In this document: one piece after another, positions 17,017 to 26,158 of the stretch
Numbering within the stretch: position 1 is the first letter of the stretch
Layout: every line of letters starts with the position of its first letter
From: a virus
IMG/VR virus record: IMGVR_UViG_3300045988_131275
Location: 32,001 to 96,000 of that record
Strand: one strand, 5' to 3'
Length of the DNA stretch: 64,000 bases
Program-made: the position numbers and the translations under genes
Notes under the pieces: generated by a model
The model's database searches: none
Told to the model about the DNA's origin: nothing
The model's input: the letters and a program-made list of their open reading frames with translations, nothing else

Positions 17017-18975
17017 TTAATTTAATAGTTGCATAAATTGTTCTTCATTGATAATTTGCACTCCCAATGATTTTGCTTTCTTGTTCTTACTGGAAGAAGA
17101 TTCAATATCATTATTAATCAACGCAAATGTCTTAGCAGATACAGAACCAGATACTTTACCGCCATTTGACTCAATAATAGATTTCAGTTCATCTCTATTA
17201 CTGTATTTCTCTAATGATCCTGTAATAACGAATGTTTTTCCTTGTAAGGTATTTTGAGCATTATTAGATTCACTAGGAATTTTAAATGTAAATTCTTTAC
17301 TCAATTCAAAAACTTTATTCATGTATGTTATAGCAAATTTTTGAATATTATTACTTGCAACTACACCGATACCATCTACTTTAAGATTCCAAAAATATCC
17401 ATATCCACAAAAGAAACAATGATAAAATTCATCAAAGTTATATTTAAAATGTTTAGCAATATCTTTACTTGCACTTTTACCAATCATAGGAATTGACAAA
17501 CTATAAACAAATCTGTCAAGTGTAGTTTCTCTGCTCTTTTCGATAGATTCTAACAATTTATCTACTGATTTTTTACCAAATCCTTCAAGGCTATACATTT
17601 TACCATTATAATCAGATAAATGATAAATACTCTTAATAGAATCTAACCATCCAAGAGAAATAAATTTCTCAAGTGTGGATTCTGATAATCCGTCAATATC
17701 CAGTGCATTTCTACTTACCGCATGACAAAGTTTACCTAATAACTTACCTTGACAATCATCATTCATGCACATAAGAACTTCCGAATCATTTTCTTTCACA
17801 ATTTTAGTTTCTCCACCACAAATAGGACATTTATCAGGAATTATAAAATTATTAGATTTATCAATACTATCATGTACTTTGGGGATAACTTTATTTGAGC
17901 GATATACTCTGATTCTGTCACCGATACCAAGAGATAATTTTTTGATATAAGAAATGTTATGTAATGTAGCTCTGGTAGTAATTGCACCATCTAAATCAAT
18001 AGGCTCAAAAGTTGCTACTGGATTAATCAATCCCGTCTTAGAGGTGTTCCATTCAATATCTTTTAGTACAGTTTCATATAATTGATCTTCATATTTATAT
18101 GCAATGGAATGTCTAAAGAATTTATCAGTTTTACCTAATGATTCTCCATAAGCATAATCATCATATGCCATTACCGCACCGTCATATGGAATATTATTTG
18201 CATCAGCAACATCTTTAATTGTATCTAATACAGTTTGTGTATTTTCACATCCTATATATGGAATCATTGGAACTCTTTCAAATCCACATTTTTCTGCATT
18301 TAGCAAATCTTCATAAACAGATTTATGTTCAAATCCTTTAATGACACGCCATGCAATGAATCTCATATTTCTTTGAGCAGCTTCTTTACTATCTAATAAA
18401 AGTAATGAACCAGACACAAGATTTCTTGGATGCTTATATTTTTTATCTGTATCTTTAATATTTTCATTAATCTTATTGAATGTGTCCCACCCAATAATAG
18501 TTTCTCCATCAATGATTAACTCATCGTAATATGGGATTTTCTTTGGAATATTCTTGATTGTTAATACATTTTGGAGAACATCTGTACCTTCATAGCCATT
18601 ACCTCTAGTGACAGCACTTACTAATTCACCATGAATATACTTTAATGTTGTACTAAGACCATCACATTTTACAGATACAATGCACTGTTTGTTCCCAGCA
18701 AATTGTTTTAAATCATTGATAGATTTTGTCTTGTCAAGCGATAACATCAAATGATCCAACTTAACCTCATTTAATTTATCTGATACTGTATATCCCACGT
18801 TTTGAGTAGGACTGTTTGGGAAGATGATATTTTCTTGACTTTCTAACATCTGTAGTTCTTCATATTTCTTATCCCAGTCATAATCAGACATAATTGGTGT
18901 ACTTGTGTAATATGCATATGATGCTGTATTGAGTTCCTGGATTAATTCTTTCATTTTGCCAATAGTGTTTCCCAT
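17017..18975 (-). CDS. ligA: NAD-dependent DNA ligase
   Basis: Adenylation motif VKCDGLS, OB domain, Cys4 zinc finger (CPICGG..C..C), HhH region and a C-terminal BRCT-like GKTFVITGSL..R.ELKSIIESNGGKVSGSVS. Confidence 0.92.
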   Translation of the reverse strand: MGNTIGKMKELIQELNTASYAYYTSTPIMSDYDWDKKYEELQMLESQENIIFPNSPTQNVGYTVSDKLNEVKLDHLMLSLDKTKSINDLKQFAGNKQCIVSVKCDGLSTTLKYIHGELVSAVTRGNGYEGTDVLQNVLTIKNIPKKIPYYDELIIDGETIIGWDTFNKINENIKDTDKKYKHPRNLVSGSLLLLDSKEAAQRNMRFIAWRVIKGFEHKSVYEDLLNAEKCGFERVPMIPYIGCENTQTVLDTIKDVADANNIPYDGAVMAYDDYAYGESLGKTDKFFRHSIAYKYEDQLYETVLKDIEWNTSKTGLINPVATFEPIDLDGAITTRATLHNISYIKKLSLGIGDRIRVYRSNKVIPKVHDSIDKSNNFIIPDKCPICGGETKIVKENDSEVLMCMNDDCQGKLLGKLCHAVSRNALDIDGLSESTLEKFISLGWLDSIKSIYHLSDYNGKMYSLEGFGKKSVDKLLESIEKSRETTLDRFVYSLSIPMIGKSASKDIAKHFKYNFDEFYHCFFCGYGYFWNLKVDGIGVVASNNIQKFAITYMNKVFELSKEFTFKIPSESNNAQNTLQGKTFVITGSLEKYSNRDELKSIIESNGGKVSGSVSAKTFALINNDIESSSSKNKKAKSLGVQIINEEQFMQLLN

Positions 18976-19205
18976 ATATTTTCATAACTCCTTTTATCAA
19001 TATCCATAATTCTGCTAAATGCAGATTCATCTTCTCTACATTTAATAACTCCAATAAACACAACATCATTCCTTGTATGATAAGTTTGTTTGTATTCTAA
19101 AAGCCAGTCCCATGCATCTTGCATATTTTTGTATTTGTCTCCCATTACACCGCCATTATGACCATATTTAATACATGGGACATATATATAATGCTTTTTA
19201 CTCAT
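18951..19205 (-). CDS. hypothetical protein
   Basis: I prefer ATG 19205 (AAGGAG upstream) over the track start at 19244. Confidence 0.6.
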   Translation of the reverse strand: MSKKHYIYVPCIKYGHNGGVMGDKYKNMQDAWDWLLEYKQTYHTRNDVVFIGVIKCREDESAFSRIMDIDKRSYENIWETLLAK

Positions 19206-19209
19206 ACTT

Positions 19210-19425
19210 TTATTTCTCCTTATAATATGGACTTTTCTTCTCATATTCTTTCAGATACTTTAACATCTCTGATTCTTCTGGAAAGAATGGATCTCGTTTA
19301 TATTCAAGTGCAACATAATTTAGAAAGTTCATCATCAACTGACCAAATCTCCAATCTGGATAACATTGCATCCATATTCTTTCTAATTCTTTTGTAAATT
19401 CTGGTATTCTATTCTTATTTCTCAT
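19210..19425 (-). CDS. hypothetical protein
   Basis: I prefer ATG 19425, 5 nt after GGAGGT. The track start at 19437 lies inside that SD. Confidence 0.6.
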   Translation of the reverse strand: MRNKNRIPEFTKELERIWMQCYPDWRFGQLMMNFLNYVALEYKRDPFFPEESEMLKYLKEYEKKSPYYKEK

Positions 19426-19639
19426 ATTGACCTCCATGAAACAGTTCTTTCATACATATATAAATTCTGCTAATGCATTATAATATCCAGCTAATGCTCC
19501 TATCACCTGAATAGCTGCAATAATTACTAATAGCGTAAAGAAATGCAAGCTCTTTATATTGATTTCTGAGCAAAATAAGCCTAATATCGACCATCAAATA
19601 ATATTTATAACGTTCAAAATAGTTAAATTCATATTTTTC

Positions 19640-19942
19640 TTATTTAATATCTCCATTCATTTTTGCTTTAAATAACGCTTTTAAATAATCTTGTGGGTTG
19701 TCCTTTGCTGCTTGGAATCCTACTTTTTGTCTTTTAATATCATCAAGTACGATTTTATATTTAGGGCTATCACTTACTTCTTCTCTATATTTCTGCACTT
19801 CTTCACGGGTTATTATCTCTTTATCAACTAAAATTCTCAATGCAACTTGTACATCAATTGCCGTTTTAAGAATAGTTTCTTGTACTTGCAATTCATGCAG
19901 AGCTTCTTCTGGTTTATAAAACTTATCATTGCTTACTGGCAT
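19640..19942 (-). CDS. hypothetical protein
   Basis: 100 aa ORF. No motif recognised. Confidence 0.65.
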   Translation of the reverse strand: MPVSNDKFYKPEEALHELQVQETILKTAIDVQVALRILVDKEIITREEVQKYREEVSDSPKYKIVLDDIKRQKVGFQAAKDNPQDYLKALFKAKMNGDIK

Positions 19943-19978
19943 TTAATATCTTCCTTTCCAATAATTTCAACTAATGTT

Positions 19979-20299
19979 TTAGGCGTATAAGCTATATAAT
20001 TCATCCTTCTTAAATTCATAAATAGAATTTTCTGTTTCAACATTTATACAAGCAATTTCTCCATTCTTATCTTTAATATATTCAAAAGACTTAACAGGAC
20101 TTGTTCTCAATATCATCCATCTCATTGGAGTTCCATCGGAATCTCTTACATATCTAATAATCAATGGAAAGTCAATTAAAATATCATTAATATCAAGATC
20201 AATAATCCTTCCAATTCGTATAGGGTATCTGTCGTCCTGTCTATCTAGCCCTTTTAACTCCCCTTTACTATGTTTGATACTTGCGATTTTGTATAGCAT
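19979..20299 (-). CDS. hypothetical protein
   Basis: 106 aa ORF with GGAGAG upstream. Confidence 0.65.
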   Translation of the reverse strand: MLYKIASIKHSKGELKGLDRQDDRYPIRIGRIIDLDINDILIDFPLIIRYVRDSDGTPMRWMILRTSPVKSFEYIKDKNGEIACINVETENSIYEFKKDELYSLYA

Positions 20300-20309
20300 A
20301 TTTACTCTC

Positions 20310-20588
20310 CTAATCTTCTACAGGAACCCATTTTTTAACTTTGACTTCTTTAAGTTCTACCTCTGTACATTTAACCTCATCATCATATTCCCAAGGTCTT
20401 TCATCTTGACATTCTGTTGCGCCCTCTGAATATGTAGTCATATAAAACTTACCATTATCTTCAAACACAATCTCATGCACAATAGACCAACGAGTAGTAT
20501 CAATAATTCTATCTACAACTGCACCATACCAAGGTAATTCACACTCATTTACTAAATAATCCCTACTGAATACTTTTACTTTTGCCAT
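20310..20588 (-). CDS. hypothetical protein
   Basis: 92 aa ORF, 4-nt gap to the upstream gene. Confidence 0.65.
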   Translation of the reverse strand: MAKVKVFSRDYLVNECELPWYGAVVDRIIDTTRWSIVHEIVFEDNGKFYMTTYSEGATECQDERPWEYDDEVKCTEVELKEVKVKKWVPVED

Positions 20589-20592
20589 TATC

Positions 20593-21504
20593 TTATTCTC
20601 CTTCTACAATTCCCCAACCTTTACAAGTAGGACATTCACAATACTTTTTATTAATTTGTTCCATAAGTTCTGATAAATACTTTTCTATTTTATTTTGTAA
20701 ATCCTGATAATTTTTCCCGATAATAGATGGAGCTACGACACAATCATTACCATAATCAGAAGATGTTTTATTATCTTTTAAATTTATAATTGTTGATGAC
20801 TTCTCAGAAACCATTTTATTCACCCATTGTGGTTTTCTTCTCTTATTAAACAATGAATTATTTTTATCAACTAAAATATTATATGGATCTGCCAATGGAA
20901 TCTTTTTCTTTACTTCAAAATGGAAATCATAATCAGACGTAATAGTTGCAACACTGGTATCTATGTTTGCTTTTACATAATTTCTGATAATCTGTAGCAT
21001 TCTTTTGGAATCAATTTTACATGGTTTATCTTGATATGCTTCTTCTGGATATTCAATTTGTGTAAGCAAGCTGGATTCAGCGTCATATACATTCTGTATA
21101 AATTCAAAATCTTCTCTTGCGTAAATTTCTTTAATTTCAAATTCAATTGGTTCATATTCGCCTGGAATAGTATCGTATTTATAGTTATACAGTCCAATTA
21201 CTTCATCATATTCTTCACTCTGTTCCATTTCTTGTGTAATGATTTGTGGCATTAGTTCCGTTGCTGTATATCCTGCTTTTAACTCATATCTAACATTAAT
21301 ACGCTTGTCTTCTTGCTTCGCAGACACAACTTTAGGAATACTCATAAGTTTAAACCATCTATCTTTATTTGTTTTTTCTGGTGTTTCACCATCAAATTGA
21401 AATTGTGTTAAGTCTTTAGTTCCATAATAATCTTCATTTGCTATATAAATATAATTTTTACAGTTAATTACTTTAAGTTTTAGTGGATTTTCTTTATCGT
21501 ACAT
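20593..21504 (-). CDS. hypothetical protein with C-terminal CxxC..CxxC knuckle
   Basis: 303 aa ORF ending ..KKYCECPTCKGWGIVEGE. Confidence 0.7.
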   Translation of the reverse strand: MYDKENPLKLKVINCKNYIYIANEDYYGTKDLTQFQFDGETPEKTNKDRWFKLMSIPKVVSAKQEDKRINVRYELKAGYTATELMPQIITQEMEQSEEYDEVIGLYNYKYDTIPGEYEPIEFEIKEIYAREDFEFIQNVYDAESSLLTQIEYPEEAYQDKPCKIDSKRMLQIIRNYVKANIDTSVATITSDYDFHFEVKKKIPLADPYNILVDKNNSLFNKRRKPQWVNKMVSEKSSTIINLKDNKTSSDYGNDCVVAPSIIGKNYQDLQNKIEKYLSELMEQINKKYCECPTCKGWGIVEGE

Positions 21505-21506
21505 AA

Positions 21507-21899
21507 TTATTCTCCTATATCATGAAATTCTCTGCCGTTAAGAATGTTAATCAATGCGTTTTTATCTCTTTCTAATGCAAGTGAATATGAACACTTCGCA
21601 ATAGAATCAGATTGAGATAATGGTTCTCTTTCTAATTCTTCATCAATTTTCTTATCGAGGAAATCTACGAATCTCCACAAACGATCTTCAATAGAAGGAG
21701 TTAATTTGCCATGAATGTTACCGTTTGTATCAAGCTGTACATCAGTAACGTTGCACTTATTGAAATCAGTTACTTCTTTCTTACTTAACCATTTCATCCA
21801 TTTGTTGCATTTTTTACAATATAGTCCTGTCTGTGTACCACTTTCTTTTGTGTAAAATTCTTCACAACCACATTTATTACATTTTTCTGGAATAATAAT
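21507..21899 (-). CDS. zinc-ribbon protein; probable ATT start extends the track ORF (21507..21797) by 34 codons
   Basis: The in-frame region upstream of ATG 21797 is stop-free back to TGA 21905-21903. It encodes PEKCNKCGCEEF..GLYCKKCNKW. GAGGTGA precedes ATT ATT ATT (21899-21891). ATG 21797 has no SD. Confidence 0.55.
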   Translation of the reverse strand: MIIPEKCNKCGCEEFYTKESGTQTGLYCKKCNKWMKWLSKKEVTDFNKCNVTDVQLDTNGNIHGKLTPSIEDRLWRFVDFLDKKIDEELEREPLSQSDSIAKCSYSLALERDKNALINILNGREFHDIGE

Positions 21900-21920
21900 T
21901 GTTCACCTCTTTTCTTATAT

Positions 21921-21963
21921 ACTATATATAGTGTTTATTTTAATTTGCAACACTATATATAGC
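21921..21963. promoter_or_regulatory. inverted pair of the 14-mer ACTATATATAGTGT (promoter/operator-like)
   Basis: ACTATATATAGTGT at 21921-21934 and its near-perfect reverse complement at 21950-21963. The same 14-mer recurs at 62450-62463, at the same 22-nt distance from the next start codon. Confidence 0.45.
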
Positions 21964-21993
21964 ATCATTTTTGCCATGAAATTCTGCTTTCAT

Positions 21994-22263
21994 TTAGTTA
22001 TCTTCTTTTATTAGATTTATTGTCATCATACTTCCAGGAGTTTCATAATATGAATCTTCTAAATATGCTATTTTATATTCATAATACGGTTGCAAAGCAC
22101 TATCTATAATTCTTACCTCAGATAATTCAATTGGTTCTTTTAAGTTTGCTTCGTGTATAATCACATTTACATAAATTTTATCATCATATCCCATTAAGAA
22201 TAATTGAATTAAATCTGCTAACCTAACATTAGGTTGTAAATCAAGTAAATTATCAAATGTCAT
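21994..22263 (-). CDS. hypothetical protein
   Basis: 89 aa ORF with GGAGTATGAGAT ATG upstream context. Confidence 0.65.
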   Translation of the reverse strand: MTFDNLLDLQPNVRLADLIQLFLMGYDDKIYVNVIIHEANLKEPIELSEVRIIDSALQPYYEYKIAYLEDSYYETPGSMMTINLIKEDN

Positions 22264-22297
22264 ATCTCATACTCCTTTAAACTTTATAAAATAAAAG

Positions 22298-22822
22298 TTA
22301 TCTAATTCTCAAACTTTCACTCTGTGGTTCTAAGTGACACCATTCACAATTGAGTGATCCATCTTGTCCTTCTAATCCATTTTCCTTTAAATAATCTCTC
22401 AGCTTTTCTCCATCAACAGCATCAGGTTGTTTAATTCTATATTCCTCTGGAATATTTTCTACATCAACATCAATTGTAAGTTTGCGCTTTCCACCATTTT
22501 TCTGAATATTAAACGAGAACAAATCCGTTGTAAATTTCTTCTTTCCAATAGTTCTCATACACATTTCAAGATTTTGTTTTAACCACTTAATTCTATTTTC
22601 ATATGTTTTCTTTCTTGTTGCCAATCTATTGTTTTCTTTTGAAATTCCATCAATATCAGATTCAAGAGATCGAATAATTTTAGCGTAATTATCTGCTTTA
22701 TTTTCGATTTCTCCATCTAATGCTTCAAGTGTATCAATGATTGTTTGCTCATCAATTTCCTCATCTTCTAACATATCCATAAGTTCCAGATATTCTCCTG
22801 TGAGTTCATAAATACTTGACAT
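22298..22822 (-). CDS. Siphovirus Gp157-family protein (recombination-module accessory)
   Basis: MSSIYELTGEYLELMDMLEDEEIDEQTIIDTLEALDGEIENKADNYAKII is the typical Gp157 N-terminus. It lies adjacent to helicase/recombination genes. Confidence 0.6.
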   Translation of the reverse strand: MSSIYELTGEYLELMDMLEDEEIDEQTIIDTLEALDGEIENKADNYAKIIRSLESDIDGISKENNRLATRKKTYENRIKWLKQNLEMCMRTIGKKKFTTDLFSFNIQKNGGKRKLTIDVDVENIPEEYRIKQPDAVDGEKLRDYLKENGLEGQDGSLNCEWCHLEPQSESLRIR

Positions 22823-22825
22823 ATA

Positions 22826-25800
22826 TTAATTCTCCTTTTCTTTTAATCTTTTTGCATTTTCAAGTAACATATCTTTTAAAAATGTTTGCTTAGTTTTAAC
22901 TTCTTTGGTCTGAATAGATTTAACAACAGCATAATTGTTAGCAATGAGAACACAGTATTTTTTTGCTCTAGTGATAGCCGTATAAAGTAATTCTGAATTA
23001 TTCATTATGTAGCTGCTATTATCCAATCCAACAATTGTTGAGCAGAATCCAGATCCTTGAAGTTTATGTACGGTACATGCATATCCTAACTCAAGATTTT
23101 TACAATCGGATTTTGTAAAGATTACTTCTCCAATACCAATAAAATCTATTGTACACATTCCATTCTTTTCAATTTCTTTTACAATTCCCATATTTCCATT
23201 GAATACAGGAGTTGTGTCACCTTCTGAATTGATACACTTGTAATTATTTTTTGTATTAATAACCTTATCTCCTGCTCTAATAATATATTTTTTTGCTTCG
23301 TCTTTTTTCTTTTCTAAGAAAATTTCAATTTCGTTACCATTACTTAATTTGGGATTATAAATAGATTGAATTTTAGAATTTAGATTATAGCAAGATAATT
23401 CTCCACGTAATCTCATAGGAACACAAATCTGAACTTCCATAATATCATGGAATTTTTCTAATTCAATTTGAAAATGTTTAATAATCTTATCAGATATAGA
23501 TTCATCATTTCCTTTTCCAGAAATATCCAATTCCATATCTTCTAATTCTCCAATAATCGCATTTCCTGTATAATTTCCATCAAAGATTTGTTCTTGGTTG
23601 GCAATTTTAATTGAAGTTGGAATAATACCGCTTCTCAAAGCTTGTCTATGTGGTTTACTTAATTTTACTACTGGTAAAACATTACTATCAAGAATATCAG
23701 CAAATACTTGACAATTACCAATTGGTGTAAGCTGTTGTACATCACCCATGATAATTACTTTCGCACCTGTTGGGATAGCTTCTAACAATGATAAGAATAA
23801 TGTACCGTTAATCATAGTTGCTTCATCAATTAAAACAATATCAACTGCTAATTTATTATCTTTGTTGAACATAAATTCACCATTTTGATATCCTAAAGCT
23901 CTATGAATTGTACTAGCTGGAAGTCCCGTAGCTTCGGTAATTCTCACACTGGCTTTTCCTGATAACGCACAAGCCAAAATACTATACCCACTATATAATG
24001 AACATATTCCATTTGCTGTAGTTGTTTTTCCGCAATTTCCAGTAATGAAAATTTTATCATTTCTTCTTAACACAAGCATATGACTTGGAACAGTAAAACA
24101 ATATTCATATCCATCTTTTGTTTTATATTTTGTAAATTTAGTTGGGGTGTGATCTTTTCTTTTGTCACAACATAATCCTATGTATTTTCTATCTGTTATA
24201 TTTACGCTATATTCAATAGATTTATCATAATATTTTTTACCATTAATTTCTTTACATCTACCTCTTCTATCATTTGTTGAAATTGTAGCTCTTTTACCTA
24301 ATGATGAAAATATAAATTGAACAAAATCCGCATTGTTTTTTATAGATGTTGAGTAAGATTTTTGTTTTAAACATCCATCCCAATAAAATATTTCTTCTGC
24401 TATAATTTGCAATTGATGTTTATTACAATTGTACCACTCTTTAGGAAATTCTTTTATTCTAAAAGGTAAATATACATATATATTTACATGATCATCATTT
24501 TCAAATGTCTTAATCTCATAATCTAAATTTAAGTTTTTGATTATGTTAATCAATCTTGAAATTTTACGAGCTTTTTTAATTCTAAATCTTGCACGATTAT
24601 AAGTATTCCAAGATTCATCAGCATTATAATCATAAGTTGCGTCTGCCGATGCAGCAACCAAAAGTCTAATCATAGAATCTGATAAATTTATTCCTTCTCC
24701 TTCATAATCAAAAGATGTAATAAATCTATCCCTAAACTGTAAATTATTTTGTCTATTCATGACAGATTCAAATAACTCTTCTTTTATTTTATTCTTAGGT
24801 GAGATTAAAATACAATTGTGATTTTCACTTAAACATTGATCCAATCCATATTTTGTATTAAAATGCCATAAATATTCTTTTTCTTGCTTAATGTATCTAA
24901 TAGGATTAACTAATGTAGCACTTCCATCTTTGTTATATTGTAATACCTTATCTCCTACTTCATATTCTGAAATTTTTTTCCACTTTTGACCATCGAAAAA
25001 TTCAGTATCACAATCTACACATCCTGCCCCACCAGTTAAAGCCATAACATGATTATCCAGACTAAGCTTAATTGCTGCTCTTTGTTCATCAGTAAACATG
25101 AATCCTTGTTTTTCTTCTACATTTTCTGTAATTGCTTCCCAATTTCCTATATTGAATGATCTAGGGATATAATCATCATGAATACTATTAACTTTGTTTG
25201 AATCATTTTCTACTACTTTCACAAGTCCAATTTGGAGTCTAAATAATTCATTCATTATATTTTTCTCCAAATCGTAGAATTTTTTTAATGCTATCTTAGA
25301 ACCATTATCAAGTACAACCACATCTTTATTATCAATCATTTGTTTAGCTGTAGCATTTATTATTTCTTCTGGTACAAAACCTAATGTATCATATAAGGCT
25401 TTCATTAAATCTTGATAATTCAAATAGCTTCTTCCTGTTTCTCCTTGATCGTTTAAATAGTATAATAAAAATCCTTTAATTCTTCTAATATCATATTGAG
25501 TTATTCCAACTTTACAAGCTACTTCATCAGCCTTTTTAAAACCGATACCTTCAACTCTTAACAAATCATATGGATTGTTTTTGACAATATCAATCACTGT
25601 GTCTGGTGATTTATAAAAATCTACAAGCTTTTTGATAAATGTATGTGTGAATCCTAACTGACCTAATTCCATATAAATAGAACTATAATCTTTAGATTCC
25701 TCATATTCATCAATCATTCTTAAAGCTACTTGATTCCCAATTCCTTTGATTTTCATTAAAGATTTAACATCTCTATTTTCAAGTAATTTAATGACATCAT

Positions 25801-26158
25801 CATATTCATCAAAAAGTTTTTCTACTAAATTTTCATTCAAAACATTTTTCAAAAACTCTTTTTGTTTATCCTTACTTGAAATATCAATACATTTACTAAT
25901 ATAAATCAATCCATATGTATCTCCATATATTTCATGAGTTTCTGCTAATTTGCAAAATACTTTATATGTAGTTCCATATTCAAGTGTACATGTTGTTCCT
26001 TTTAATTTAATGGTTTCGATTTCATCAATTTGATTATCTAACCATTTAGTTATTCTCATACTAAATATCGCAAAGTCACCAGATTGTACTTTTTTAGTAT
26101 ACTTTGGATAGATAATTCTATCCAAAGCACATTCAAATTTTAAAATTTTCTCTTCCAT
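22826..26158 (-). CDS. RecD2-like SF1 DNA helicase interrupted by an intein in the Walker A motif
   Basis: HhH repeats (IKGIGNQVALRM, VEGIGFKKADEV). Walker A is split as LTGGAG / CGKTTT. Walker B IVLIDEATM. C-terminal motifs TVHKLQGS and LLYTAITRAKK. Confidence 0.88.
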   Translation of the reverse strand: MEEKILKFECALDRIIYPKYTKKVQSGDFAIFSMRITKWLDNQIDEIETIKLKGTTCTLEYGTTYKVFCKLAETHEIYGDTYGLIYISKCIDISSKDKQKEFLKNVLNENLVEKLFDEYDDVIKLLENRDVKSLMKIKGIGNQVALRMIDEYEESKDYSSIYMELGQLGFTHTFIKKLVDFYKSPDTVIDIVKNNPYDLLRVEGIGFKKADEVACKVGITQYDIRRIKGFLLYYLNDQGETGRSYLNYQDLMKALYDTLGFVPEEIINATAKQMIDNKDVVVLDNGSKIALKKFYDLEKNIMNELFRLQIGLVKVVENDSNKVNSIHDDYIPRSFNIGNWEAITENVEEKQGFMFTDEQRAAIKLSLDNHVMALTGGAGCVDCDTEFFDGQKWKKISEYEVGDKVLQYNKDGSATLVNPIRYIKQEKEYLWHFNTKYGLDQCLSENHNCILISPKNKIKEELFESVMNRQNNLQFRDRFITSFDYEGEGINLSDSMIRLLVAASADATYDYNADESWNTYNRARFRIKKARKISRLINIIKNLNLDYEIKTFENDDHVNIYVYLPFRIKEFPKEWYNCNKHQLQIIAEEIFYWDGCLKQKSYSTSIKNNADFVQFIFSSLGKRATISTNDRRGRCKEINGKKYYDKSIEYSVNITDRKYIGLCCDKRKDHTPTKFTKYKTKDGYEYCFTVPSHMLVLRRNDKIFITGNCGKTTTANGICSLYSGYSILACALSGKASVRITEATGLPASTIHRALGYQNGEFMFNKDNKLAVDIVLIDEATMINGTLFLSLLEAIPTGAKVIIMGDVQQLTPIGNCQVFADILDSNVLPVVKLSKPHRQALRSGIIPTSIKIANQEQIFDGNYTGNAIIGELEDMELDISGKGNDESISDKIIKHFQIELEKFHDIMEVQICVPMRLRGELSCYNLNSKIQSIYNPKLSNGNEIEIFLEKKKDEAKKYIIRAGDKVINTKNNYKCINSEGDTTPVFNGNMGIVKEIEKNGMCTIDFIGIGEVIFTKSDCKNLELGYACTVHKLQGSGFCSTIVGLDNSSYIMNNSELLYTAITRAKKYCVLIANNYAVVKSIQTKEVKTKQTFLKDMLLENAKRLKEKEN
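24035..25021 (-). mobile_element. intein (329 aa, residues 380-708 of the helicase) with a degenerate LAGLIDADG-like endonuclease core
   Basis: Starts CVDCDTEFF (block A). Block B is LSENH. Ends YCFTVPSHMLVLRRNDKIFITGN followed by the +1 Cys. Excision recreates GGAGCGKT. Internal LLVAASADATY and IFYWDGCL resemble LAGLIDADG motifs. Confidence 0.8.
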
